Below, in pieces: positions 10,409 through 19,575 of a stretch of 63,913 nucleotides of DNA. Below the pieces are notes generated by a model, which was not told where the DNA came from, searched no databases, and saw nothing but the letters and a program-made list of their open reading frames with translations. Location: positions 1 to 63,913 of the IMG/VR virus record IMGVR_UViG_3300048918_000192; one strand, 5' to 3'. The DNA comes from a virus. The translations under genes and the position numbers were made by a program. Position 1 is the stretch's first letter, and each line of letters opens with the position of its first letter.

Positions 10409-10882
10409 ATGGCAAGGGGTAGGACTTACGCCGTTTCGTTCGCAGGCATCTCGGTGGCTGCGATACAAGACCTTCTCGCGGTCTACTGCGGCGGGTCCAT
10501 GGCAATCGAACTGCATGGTCTAGTGATCGGTCAGATTACTGGCGCCACCGTGCAGAACATGCGCATCTCGGTCAAGCGGCTCTCCGCTACCGTGACATCG
10601 GGCTCGGGTGGCGCTACTGCGTCTCCGCAGAAAATGGTCCGCGGTGATGCGGGTGCAACGGTCACCGCTCGTGTAAATGATACGACCCAAGCTACGACCT
10701 CGGGTACGACCGCCAATATCCTTCAGGACGTGTACAACATCGTCAACGGCTATCAACTGTTCTGGCCGCCAGACGACCGTCCAACTATTGGCCTTAGCGA
10801 GGCTGCTGTGGTCAGTCTGGACACTGCTCCTGGCAGCGCCCTCCTGATGAACGGTACGCTCTACTTCGCTGAGATCCTCTAA
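10409..10882 (+). CDS. Tail-associated protein (unknown)
   Basis: 157 aa with GGGAGA upstream of the ATG. It lies inside the tail-fiber block. Confidence 0.5.
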   Translation: MARGRTYAVSFAGISVAAIQDLLAVYCGGSMAIELHGLVIGQITGATVQNMRISVKRLSATVTSGSGGATASPQKMVRGDAGATVTARVNDTTQATTSGTTANILQDVYNIVNGYQLFWPPDDRPTIGLSEAAVVSLDTAPGSALLMNGTLYFAEIL

Positions 10883-11997
10883 TGACCGTCCGCATCTACA
10901 AGTCGACGGACGCTAGCGCTCCCGTCCTCACCGGGCAGACAGGCTCGCTTGTCGCCTTGCTTGATGCTATCCTCGTTAACGGATACGGCGCGATAACGGC
11001 GGCGGGGTGGACCAAGGCGTTCTCAGCGACGAACAAAGCTGCTTATCGGCAGAACGCAACAGGCGCGAACAATACCGCGAATCCGATGTACATATACGTC
11101 GATGATACGGGGCCCGGCGCTGGTTCGTCAAGAGAGGCTCGCGTTTGCGGCTTCGAAACTATGTCAGCTATCACGCCGACGGGTACGGGGCAGTTTCCGA
11201 CCAGTGGGCAGTCTGGCACGACCGTCACCGGCGGGTATCTTGTCTGCCGTAAGTCTGCAACCGCGGACGCTACTGCGCGTCAATGGACGTGTATCGCTAA
11301 CGGTCAGACGTTTTATCTCTTTATTGAATCCGGCGACGTAGCTGTTCCGCTTGCTTGCACGACTATGAGCTTCGGCGACTTTAAGTCGTTCAAAGTCAAC
11401 GACCTATATGCCGTATTTATCATGGCGCGGACTACGGAGAACCAAGCCGGCGGCAACTATGATTCGATGGGCGCTACAAGTCACGGTCAAACTAACGGCA
11501 ATATCAACACGCTTAACGCTGGTCTGCCAGGGCACTATATCGCACGACATTGGACTGGCGTCGGCGGTTCTGTCAAATGGGGCAAGCCGGTCGACTGGAG
11601 TCGGTTCCTCAGTTGGGGCTCACAGGGCGGTATGTGGGGGAACTATTCCAACGATACGCAAACTCAGTTCGCTCCTGTAAACGGTCCGAACTCTGCACTC
11701 GGACGTTATCACGTCGGTGTTTCAACCCCGCTTTGGCCCGCACCGAATGGACCAGATGGTTCACTAGCGCTCGCTCCCGTTTGGGTCGGCCACAGCAATG
11801 CCCTTCGCGGTTATCTGCCAGGACTGTGGTGCCCGATGCACGATCGACCGCTTAACCATCTCGACGCCTTTACCGTTGTAGGCGGGAACATGAACGGTAA
11901 GTCACTTATCGGCCTAAATATCCAAGCCTACATTAACGGTGCTCCGCTTGCTGAGAACGGACAGGTGATTGTGGAGTATTCGGACACCTGGAGCTAA
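10882..11997 (+). CDS. Tail-tip/fiber protein, paralog 3 of the 3057/3993 family
   Basis: 371 aa with a TAATG overlap. It shares LVALLDAILVNGYG...AAGW and WTCIANGQTFYLFI...SFGDF with the two genes after the tape measure. Confidence 0.55.
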   Translation: MTVRIYKSTDASAPVLTGQTGSLVALLDAILVNGYGAITAAGWTKAFSATNKAAYRQNATGANNTANPMYIYVDDTGPGAGSSREARVCGFETMSAITPTGTGQFPTSGQSGTTVTGGYLVCRKSATADATARQWTCIANGQTFYLFIESGDVAVPLACTTMSFGDFKSFKVNDLYAVFIMARTTENQAGGNYDSMGATSHGQTNGNINTLNAGLPGHYIARHWTGVGGSVKWGKPVDWSRFLSWGSQGGMWGNYSNDTQTQFAPVNGPNSALGRYHVGVSTPLWPAPNGPDGSLALAPVWVGHSNALRGYLPGLWCPMHDRPLNHLDAFTVVGGNMNGKSLIGLNIQAYINGAPLAENGQVIVEYSDTWS

Positions 11998-12000
11998 CCT

Positions 12001-13527
12001 GTGGCTATCGCTGTCCGCGGGTCAGGCGTCCAATACGCCAATAGCGTTAGCAGTCAAGCTATCTCACTTCCGGCTGGTTCAGCTGCGGGTGACACTTGCT
12101 ATGTCTTCGCGGGACACGGATTTGGCATCACTGCCGTTGCTGGTGCAGCGGGAGAGACTTGGACTCTAGTTGATGTCTTGCCGGGCAGCGGATATAACGG
12201 AGCGACTTACACAAAACTTCTAAATGCTGCTGACATTGCTCAAGGAAACGTTACTGTCTCCTTCGGTGGCACCTATTTCGGAATTATTGGAATAATCGTA
12301 TTCGTTGGATCGGCTGCAATCGTTCGCACTTCATCCAGCTCTCGTAACGGGTCTTATAGTGCTACGCGAACAGTAACCACAGACGCCACTCCGCGGACTA
12401 ATGACTATGCAATCTATTGGGGCTCTGCTCGACTGAACAACACGGCCAGCAGTAGCGCTGGCGCAACTCTTCAATCTAGCACAGCTAACGAGTCGTCTTC
12501 TATCCTTGCTGGAGGATTGCTTGGTTCCGATGGAGCTGTAAGCAGTAACTTCGGTTATGCTGGCGGCGCTGGAAATGGCGACTACCAGATTATTCTTGTT
12601 GTGCGTCCTCAAGCGCCAACAACTAACGTTCTTGACTCTACCAGGAAGTCAGGTAACATTACCCTCAACGCCTCTAAGCTAAATGCCAACTCAACTGGCG
12701 CTGGCGGAGGTGTATCTGCCCGTCGAATGACAGGTGACACTTACTTTGAGGCCGTTCTTGGAGCTTCCACAGGTACGCCGGAAATTGGTGTCTGCTCAGG
12801 ATGCAATGTTGGCACAACCGACATGCAGACGCAACTAGATTCTGTCATGTACTTGCCTGCTGGTACAGTTCGAAATAATGGCGCGACGCTTGCAACAATT
12901 CAAGCCTATGCTGCTGGCAATCGAATTGGCGTTGCTATCAGTCCGCGTAATAGGCTTATCTGGTTTCGTACGAATGGCGGTAACTGGAACAACAATGCAC
13001 TGAACGATCCGGTGACGTTGGTTGGTGGTATCGATATTAGCGGTATCGCTCTGCAAACGTTCGTGGTCGCTTATTGGGCGTCGTTGACCGGAACTATTTG
13101 GACCTTCAACTTGGATTCGGCATCCTTTGTTGATACAGCGCCCACAGGTTATCTTGACCTGTCGGTGAACCAATATACGCTCGCTCGCAATGTCTGTGAG
13201 CAGCATGAGACGAACACAGCGTTCACTCCCGACTTCAGCATTGCCGCTGTAGCTCGTCCTCATCCAGCTGACGTGCAGCATCGCAACTTTAATCCGCCAG
13301 GGCCAATCACAATGGTGAGCGGGGTCACGCAGGAGAGTGGCGTCAATGTACCCTTCAAACGAGTTGACGTCTACGATCGGGATTCGGGTGAACTGCTCGA
13401 CACCGTTTATAGCGACGTTACCGGCGCCTGGACAGCTCATTGTATGGGGCGCCCGCGGGTTCGCATTGTCGGTTCGGACCCCACTACATTCAACTCACAG
13501 GTCTTCGACAACGTAGCAGGAGCGTAA
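12001..13527 (+). CDS. Tail fiber / receptor-binding candidate with a possible SPRY/concanavalin-like domain
   Basis: 508 aa with a GTG start. The segment YFEAVLG...PEIGVCSG...GNRIGVAISPRNRLIWFRTNGGNW resembles the SPRY pattern (YfEv...iGv...gd.iGv..D.....l.F..NG). Confidence 0.45.
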   Translation: MAIAVRGSGVQYANSVSSQAISLPAGSAAGDTCYVFAGHGFGITAVAGAAGETWTLVDVLPGSGYNGATYTKLLNAADIAQGNVTVSFGGTYFGIIGIIVFVGSAAIVRTSSSSRNGSYSATRTVTTDATPRTNDYAIYWGSARLNNTASSSAGATLQSSTANESSSILAGGLLGSDGAVSSNFGYAGGAGNGDYQIILVVRPQAPTTNVLDSTRKSGNITLNASKLNANSTGAGGGVSARRMTGDTYFEAVLGASTGTPEIGVCSGCNVGTTDMQTQLDSVMYLPAGTVRNNGATLATIQAYAAGNRIGVAISPRNRLIWFRTNGGNWNNNALNDPVTLVGGIDISGIALQTFVVAYWASLTGTIWTFNLDSASFVDTAPTGYLDLSVNQYTLARNVCEQHETNTAFTPDFSIAAVARPHPADVQHRNFNPPGPITMVSGVTQESGVNVPFKRVDVYDRDSGELLDTVYSDVTGAWTAHCMGRPRVRIVGSDPTTFNSQVFDNVAGA

Positions 13528-13528
13528 C

Positions 13529-13903
13529 TTGCCTTACTCTCCTCCCGTCACTCCTAGCATAACGTTCAACTTTCTTGGGACGTACACTCCACCTGTCACG
13601 CCCAGCGTTGTTATCGACTTTGCGCTGCTGCCCGATCCTGGAGGTGGATCTGGAATAGAGCAGCTTCCTGGCACTCGTATCCTCCTCAAGGAATACCTGT
13701 ACCGCGAGGAAGCATGGCATCCGCCAATGCGTCGGCCCTTCCTTGTCGAGGATTTCGATCTTGGCAATGTGGGTCTATCCTTTACCCGTCCAGCTATGTG
13801 GACGAAGTACGCCGAACCAGAATGGTTCCCTCCGCGTAGGCGCGTGATTGGTATCCCAAGACTAGGCTTGCGGTCTCGGAAAGCAGCGCAGATTATCGGG
13901 TGA
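13529..13903 (+). CDS. Hypothetical protein, last gene of the tail block
   Basis: 124 aa with a TTG start 1 nt after the previous stop. It has an internal duplicated Y[ST]PPVTPS[IV] motif. Confidence 0.4.
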   Translation: MPYSPPVTPSITFNFLGTYTPPVTPSVVIDFALLPDPGGGSGIEQLPGTRILLKEYLYREEAWHPPMRRPFLVEDFDLGNVGLSFTRPAMWTKYAEPEWFPPRRRVIGIPRLGLRSRKAAQIIG

Positions 13904-13922
13904 TTTCGGTGGCAGCGGCTAT

Positions 13923-14044
13923 AGGGGTTACAGCGCCCCGCGTTGATGCACCCTACGGGGCCCACAGCCGCGGCACAGGCCCCGATCGCCACCCCGCCGC
14001 CACCCATACGGCGGCCGGTGCGTTTTCAGCGCTGTAGCACCCCT
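13923..14044. other. Structured GC-rich element where the two converging gene blocks meet
   Basis: The outer stem AGGGGT+TACAGCGC (13923-13936) pairs with GCGCTGTA+(gc bulge)+ACCCCT (14029-14044). Inner stems are GGGGCC/GGCCCC and CCGCCG/CGGCGG. It shares several words with 50114-50260. Confidence 0.5.
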
Positions 14045-14058
14045 TAAAACGGCCCGCA

Positions 14059-16284
14059 TTACTTGGCATCTTCTGGAGGGATTGCGCCAATGTCCCTCAA
14101 GATCCGGACAGACTCAGTAATATACCAATCGTAATCGATATCCACGGGAGGCGTGTCAGGTAGGACCATACAGGGTTTCGCACCCTCCGAGCGTGGGACT
14201 TTGTTGCCTGACTTGGCATAAACGAGCTCCCCTTGCACCTCGGTCGAGTAGTACCAGCGCACAGGGTTGCCGATGTACTCTGTTTCTCCGGGCAAGCGTG
14301 TAAGGTCTTTGGCGAGGTCATAAGCGACGTGTAGATAACGAGCGTCGCGCAACGTCTCCCCTTCGAGCACCCATGAGTTCTTAGCGATTTCGTAGAACCC
14401 CGCCATCTTGACCAGCTCTTCTGGCGTCTCGTGATCGGGTGGCACCTGTCCCCATACTTTGACCGCGCCACCGCTGGCACTGCGGACGGACACAAACTTA
14501 GTGAAGTCCTGCTCGGACCGGATAGTGTGGTCAATCGGGGTCTGCTTAATCAGGAATTGCTCGACCGCTTCAACGCAGATAGTAGTTGTCGGATTCTTGT
14601 GCAGACGTTCAGCAAGGTTCTTCTTACTCGACCAAGGATTGGCATAAGCCCCTTTGTTCTTGGTCCCCGAGGGTTGTTCGAGCCAAGTGACAGAGCCGTC
14701 TGGATTCTTTTGTTCGGTCTGCTTAACGGCAATGTAGTTATTGACGTCGCGGGAGTAGAGTGCGAGGTAACGGGTTTCTTCGGTCGGGAATTTTGTGTCA
14801 TCTTCCCACTCCTTAACGATTGCGTCCATAACGTGCATCATCGTGCGCGGGCACTTAATGACGATTCCGTCCGTATTGGCGCTGACCACACGGATGCCAG
14901 CCATCTCCAGTCGCTCAATCAGCATAAGCAAGGACAGCTGACCCGTTACCGTTGTCTGGATTAGTCCGTCAGGCGCATATAGGATGGAATACTTGCTGCC
15001 CTGCTTTCCAAACCATCCGTTGACAACGATCTTGAGGGAGTCGGCCACTGGCTTGTTGCCAGCCTTCTTAGCTGTGATGCGACGATCAACGATGCTGCGA
15101 TAAATCTGTAGCGCGACAGGTCCAAGGGCGGGCGGATAAAGCCCACAGTTAAGGATGATGAAGGGGTAGTAGCTCGTGACGTCAATGTCCCGTAGCACAT
15201 AGTCTTTGTCCGTGTAGTGCGCGGTCGACTGTTCACTTGAGTGCAGACCGCCAATACCCATCCGATAAACGGCACCATTGATGTCGAGCGCAAGAGCACT
15301 AACCTCCTCAGGCATTATGATGGAGCCATGTTCGCCCACGATGAAACGGGCGCGCTCGATAACGGTGAGGGCCCACTGCATGAGCGGGGACCGGAACTTA
15401 ACGAAGGCGGGCGTTTTGTAGAAGTAAGTCGTGCCTACAGGGATGCTAATCTTTTCAGGCTTGCTCCCTGTACGCTTCTTAATCTCCTCCACAATAACCG
15501 CTTCAGCGATCTGCGCGTCCGACTTGCTACGAAGGTCGATCTTGTACTCGTTGGAGAGCGTGTAGCGAAGCTCAATCTGTTCGTTGAGGCATTCACGTAG
15601 GAGCTTCGTGTTGGCTGTATCGTTGCAGCAATACCAGCGGACGATGGCGCGCTGCTCAGCAGATAGGAACGTGCTTGGGTGAAACGGCAAGTTCTGCATC
15701 TTATGCGCGTGGAGGCGACCAGCATACGTCTTAAGCGAGGCGAACAGCGGCGCGACTTCAATAAGGTCAATGTGGTCAACCTTTAGCGCCTTCGCTTTCG
15801 CTTTGCGCCTGATGTCCTGACCGCGAATTTCCTCAATAATGATTTGGTCGCTAGCGGTCTTGAGCGCTGTGCAATCAGCACCGGCTACAGCCATCTCGTT
15901 AATAGGCAAGTCGTAGTTGATACCGTTGAAGGTAACGATGGTGAACGACTCAAGCAGCCATTGGAGCTTGCGCGTGTCAAGCGGGTGACCGTCGTACATC
16001 TCCACAAACGCAATCTTGCCGGTGACAAGGTTTGTGAACACTGACAGGAAGTAGTTCGGATAAACTTCGGTGTCCTGCAAGAACTCCTGCTTCTCCATGC
16101 GGGCAGTGATAAGCTCCTGCATCGTCATTATTTCGACGGGGAACCTCAGCGCTTCTTCGAGCCCAGGCAGGTAGTCTGGACGTAACCACACTGGCTCCGG
16201 TGGTTGCCGCTTTTCCTTCTCCTTCTTAGGAGGTTTCGGCGGAGGGGTGTCGTCCCAAAAGAATCCGACTGCGTCGTTACGCAT
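14059..16284 (-). CDS. DNA polymerase, family B with 3'-5' exonuclease domain
   Basis: 741 aa. Exonuclease motifs are DTE (ExoI), FNGINYDLP (ExoII) and YCCND (ExoIII). Polymerase motifs are DIDVTSYYPFII (motif A), KIVVNGWFGK (motif B) and SANTDGIVI (motif C). Confidence 0.8.
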   Translation of the reverse strand: MRNDAVGFFWDDTPPPKPPKKEKEKRQPPEPVWLRPDYLPGLEEALRFPVEIMTMQELITARMEKQEFLQDTEVYPNYFLSVFTNLVTGKIAFVEMYDGHPLDTRKLQWLLESFTIVTFNGINYDLPINEMAVAGADCTALKTASDQIIIEEIRGQDIRRKAKAKALKVDHIDLIEVAPLFASLKTYAGRLHAHKMQNLPFHPSTFLSAEQRAIVRWYCCNDTANTKLLRECLNEQIELRYTLSNEYKIDLRSKSDAQIAEAVIVEEIKKRTGSKPEKISIPVGTTYFYKTPAFVKFRSPLMQWALTVIERARFIVGEHGSIIMPEEVSALALDINGAVYRMGIGGLHSSEQSTAHYTDKDYVLRDIDVTSYYPFIILNCGLYPPALGPVALQIYRSIVDRRITAKKAGNKPVADSLKIVVNGWFGKQGSKYSILYAPDGLIQTTVTGQLSLLMLIERLEMAGIRVVSANTDGIVIKCPRTMMHVMDAIVKEWEDDTKFPTEETRYLALYSRDVNNYIAVKQTEQKNPDGSVTWLEQPSGTKNKGAYANPWSSKKNLAERLHKNPTTTICVEAVEQFLIKQTPIDHTIRSEQDFTKFVSVRSASGGAVKVWGQVPPDHETPEELVKMAGFYEIAKNSWVLEGETLRDARYLHVAYDLAKDLTRLPGETEYIGNPVRWYYSTEVQGELVYAKSGNKVPRSEGAKPCMVLPDTPPVDIDYDWYITESVRILRDIGAIPPEDAK

Positions 16285-17243
16285 TACATCCGCATTCCGA
16301 TAATGGCTCCGCGCACCCGCTCGCCGAAGAACAGCGCTGGCTCGGGGTACAGGGCGAAGTCCGCGGTATGCGCTACGCCATTCAGCAGACCTAGCATGGC
16401 GATGTTATAGCAACCGTCAAAGTCGATATCGTCGACCTCGTATGTGCCGCCGGTGAAGTCCTCTGTGTGGGTCCGTAGCAGCCCGTTATTGATGTACACG
16501 CGGCTTGCTCCGTCTGCGATGCGCTGAAGCACCTCAATACCCGTAAAGAGCTCAGGCGGGATAGCTTTGGCGTTGCACGGCTTGTTGAGGATGTCCGTCA
16601 TCTTTTCGAACGGCCAGTCCCCTTGCAGAAGTTGGCTCCGTATCCAGCGCCCGTCCGTATAGTGGAAGGTGATCGAACGGTCGTGTAGCTGCGCATGAGT
16701 AGGCGCTTCGTCGACCCGCAGAATCTCGTTGACGCAATAGCGCGGCAAGTTCACTTGGAACGGGACAGGTGTACCGATCCAGTATTCGATAAGACAGGCG
16801 TTGTTCGTAGCGAAGGCTGAGTGCCCTTGGAACAGGATGCCGTTTGCCCATGGCCGTGATGCATCGTTACCGATAAACGGCTGTAGCGTCTTACACGCTG
16901 CGAGCAGCTCCTCACCGTTAAATTGGATTGGCTCACCTTCGGGTAGCGGGTGGACGGTCTCACCTTCGATCGTTTCGACGAACGCACGGAACCGACCGCT
17001 CTCAATACGCAAGCGCCCGCCAGCAGTCATGCTGAGCGTGATAGCTTCCTCGCATTGCTGAATTGCTTTGACAAGCTGGACCGCTTTCGGGTTGCAGTCG
17101 ATATCGAACGCTATTGGGCTGCTGATAGCCATCTGCCCGTTGAAGCTGCGGACGTGCCCGCCTTCGATACGAAAGTGCGTCATAGCGGGCAGCAAGTCCT
17201 TCTTACCGACCGCACCCTGTACGAACTTGAGGTCCTTGAGCAT
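16284..17243 (-). CDS. DnaN-like beta sliding clamp
   Basis: 319 aa. It aligns by eye with E. coli DnaN blocks: ANGILFQ...ATNNACLIEY to LNGMLFE...ATDGHRLA, VNLPRYCVNEILRV, SQLLQGDWPFEKM, and the C-terminal AIIGMRM to VVMPMRL. Confidence 0.75.
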   Translation of the reverse strand: MLKDLKFVQGAVGKKDLLPAMTHFRIEGGHVRSFNGQMAISSPIAFDIDCNPKAVQLVKAIQQCEEAITLSMTAGGRLRIESGRFRAFVETIEGETVHPLPEGEPIQFNGEELLAACKTLQPFIGNDASRPWANGILFQGHSAFATNNACLIEYWIGTPVPFQVNLPRYCVNEILRVDEAPTHAQLHDRSITFHYTDGRWIRSQLLQGDWPFEKMTDILNKPCNAKAIPPELFTGIEVLQRIADGASRVYINNGLLRTHTEDFTGGTYEVDDIDFDGCYNIAMLGLLNGVAHTADFALYPEPALFFGERVRGAIIGMRM

Positions 17244-18196
17244 TACTGAAGCATCCCATAAAGGTCTTGCTGTTTACCCTCAAGGTAACAAGCGCGACGG
17301 CGTTCATCCATTATCTTATTGATTTCACCGAACGCCCAAAGGTTGAAGGCAGCGCGGGACTCGTAGACCTCTCCTACTCGTTCATAGTCGAAGCCATAGC
17401 GCTCAAGCAGTCCAAAGACAAAGTCCTTCTCTGGTTCGCTGAGGGTAGTGATATGCTGGCCCCAATCGTGCCGACTAGGGGACTTGGTTGAGACAGCGAT
17501 TGGCCAAGCAGGGTTGGAGGTGCTAGCTCCTGGCATAACGATAGACCCAAAGGCAGCAGACTGAATCCATGAAGAGGAGTCGCAGGAGTACCAATCGAAC
17601 TCCTCCATAAGTGGAACCGCTGTGATACCGAATCCATGAACTTTAATCTTAGCGCGCCCGGATCCATCCAGTAGATGATTCTCCCAAACTCGCTCAAGCC
17701 AATTCCGAAGTTGCGCCGTAGACGCGCCGACCATGCCTCCGAGCGTAATGTACTCATAGTTCGCCACGTAGTAATCGAGGTAGCGGGAGTCCTCTTCGAA
17801 GTGGAAACAGGGTAATGGCCGAACACCTCGTGCCTCCATTTCAAGTTGGTTGCGATATGTCTTAAGTGGGTCGCCGATACCGTCCAACACCGACGCCATA
17901 AGGATGCCGTCTTCCTTGCGAATGATATCCTCGTTCTTTTGGATGTACTCGCAATACTCCCGCACCGATAACTCAACGCCCAAGGTGTACGCCGAGAACG
18001 CACCAGAGTCGAGGAAGATCTGCGCTCCGTTGCGGCGCATGTGGTCAACGAACGACTGCTTACCTACATAGTGCCACGACTCGAGGATGTGCGGGAGACC
18101 CATGAGGATCTCCCGTTCCCGTTCGTTCAATTTGACGTAGCGGTTCATTCCCTCCGGATAACTATTGGAGTAGACCGCGGCCATGTAGATGTGCAT
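17243..18196 (-). CDS. dpdA: DpdA-like DNA guanine transglycosylase (TGT superfamily)
   Basis: 317 aa. The blocks IFLDSGAFSAY, ITLGGMVGAS, KVHGFGIT and YSCDSSSW resemble conserved TGT/DpdA regions. It is adjacent to the preQ0 genes. Confidence 0.7.
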   Translation of the reverse strand: MHIYMAAVYSNSYPEGMNRYVKLNEREREILMGLPHILESWHYVGKQSFVDHMRRNGAQIFLDSGAFSAYTLGVELSVREYCEYIQKNEDIIRKEDGILMASVLDGIGDPLKTYRNQLEMEARGVRPLPCFHFEEDSRYLDYYVANYEYITLGGMVGASTAQLRNWLERVWENHLLDGSGRAKIKVHGFGITAVPLMEEFDWYSCDSSSWIQSAAFGSIVMPGASTSNPAWPIAVSTKSPSRHDWGQHITTLSEPEKDFVFGLLERYGFDYERVGEVYESRAAFNLWAFGEINKIMDERRRACYLEGKQQDLYGMLQ

Positions 18197-18220
18197 GGGC
18201 TTACCCTAGCAGTTCGCTAG

Positions 18221-19114
18221 TTACCTCGCAAGCTGTAGAAACTCGGCACGAGCCGATGGTTCATCCTTGAACACCCCTCGAAGAGCGCTTGTGACAGTGT
18301 GATGTCCCTGCTGACAGACGCCCCGCGATTCCATGCAGAGGTGCCGTGCTTTGACCACAACGCCGCAGCCGAGCGGTTTCAGATGCTCCATGAGCGCATC
18401 CGCGACCTGAGCCGTTAGGCGCTCCTGCACCTGTAACCGACGAGCGTAGGCGTTCAGCACCCTGTTCAACTTGGACAAGCCGACAATCTTCTTGTCTGGC
18501 AAGTAAGCGATAGTCGCCGTGCCAAAGAAGGGCGCCATGTGATGCTCGCAGTGCGTATAGAACGGGATGTCCTTGACGACCACCATTTCGTCGCAGCCCT
18601 CAGCGCCGTCCTCGAACGTTTTGAGCAGAGCACCGATGTCTTGGTCGTATCCGCTACACCAGAACGCCCAGGCTTTGGCGACGCGAGCAGGAGTCTCTTC
18701 GAGCCCGCCGCGTTCGGGGTTCTCTCCAATGAACTGGAGCAGGCGACGGATGTTGTCTTCGATACCACCGACGCTGTCGCCTTCCCACGGCCACACGACC
18801 CAATCCTCGCCGAACGCCCAGTTCCGCTTATCGATGAGAGCGAAGAACGGTTTGTCTCCGAACTTCTCCTTCGTCTTGCCGGTGTCGATAAGATCGTCGA
18901 AGATGAAGTCAGCTTCCAACGGGTTGTCGGTAAGCTCGAGCTTCATGTGCGCACGGTAGAGCGATAGCACTGCCGGCACCCCGCCGCGCGGGACAGGATA
19001 GACCGTTAAGTGCGTATCCACGATGCCGCGGTTCTTGAAGTACAGGCGAATTCGGTCGGCTGCGTCGTGCGCTAGCGCGGCGAGTTCTTTGTAGCTGATG
19101 ACTTGCGTTCCCAT
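18221..19114 (-). CDS. folE: Fusion of an XGPRT-like phosphoribosyltransferase domain and GTP cyclohydrolase I
   Basis: 297 aa. The N-terminal ~105 aa has VPRGGVP, the PRPP loop ADFIFDDLIDTGKT and DWVVWPWE (compare E. coli Gpt ...TWIEQPWD). The C-terminal part has FYTHCEHHMAPFFG, GLSKLNR and QVQERLT. Confidence 0.8.
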   Translation of the reverse strand: MGTQVISYKELAALAHDAADRIRLYFKNRGIVDTHLTVYPVPRGGVPAVLSLYRAHMKLELTDNPLEADFIFDDLIDTGKTKEKFGDKPFFALIDKRNWAFGEDWVVWPWEGDSVGGIEDNIRRLLQFIGENPERGGLEETPARVAKAWAFWCSGYDQDIGALLKTFEDGAEGCDEMVVVKDIPFYTHCEHHMAPFFGTATIAYLPDKKIVGLSKLNRVLNAYARRLQVQERLTAQVADALMEHLKPLGCGVVVKARHLCMESRGVCQQGHHTVTSALRGVFKDEPSARAEFLQLAR

Positions 19115-19575
19115 TAGTCCCTCGCGTAGATGGCGCTATTGCCGCCGTGCTCGCGCACCTCGACAGACATGATTTGGAGCCCTCGGGTATCGCACTCGAG
19201 GAAGTGTTCTTCGCCGAGCCAGTCGTCGACGTAATCGAAGACGTACTTGGCAAACGACTCGCATCCCACGCCAGGCAGGATGTTAATGAGGTCGAAGCCC
19301 CACTTGTTGTAGAGCGCGACGAAGTCAGGAAGGGCGGGGTCGTCCTGCGCGAGGATGGTGCGGTGGTCGAAGTTCTTGCACAACCACTCTTTGATTGGCT
19401 TGAGACCGCCGAAGTCGAGGACCCAATTATCCTTTGTGAGCTTGACCGCACCGAACGTGAGCTTGAAGCTCAACGGGTATCCGTGAGGGTCTTTGCAGTG
19501 CGACTCCGCACCAGGCTGGCGGAAGCAAGCGCTCAGGCCAAGGTTGTGGTCATAAGTCTTAGTGACGTAGTACAC
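19114..19575 (-). CDS. queD: 6-carboxytetrahydropterin synthase (QueD/PTPS family)
   Basis: 153 aa with a GTG start. The N-terminus KTYDHNLGLSACFRQ...HCKDPHGY fits a QueD-type fold. It lies between folE and queC. Confidence 0.7.
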   Translation of the reverse strand: MYYVTKTYDHNLGLSACFRQPGAESHCKDPHGYPLSFKLTFGAVKLTKDNWVLDFGGLKPIKEWLCKNFDHRTILAQDDPALPDFVALYNKWGFDLINILPGVGCESFAKYVFDYVDDWLGEEHFLECDTRGLQIMSVEVREHGGNSAIYARD

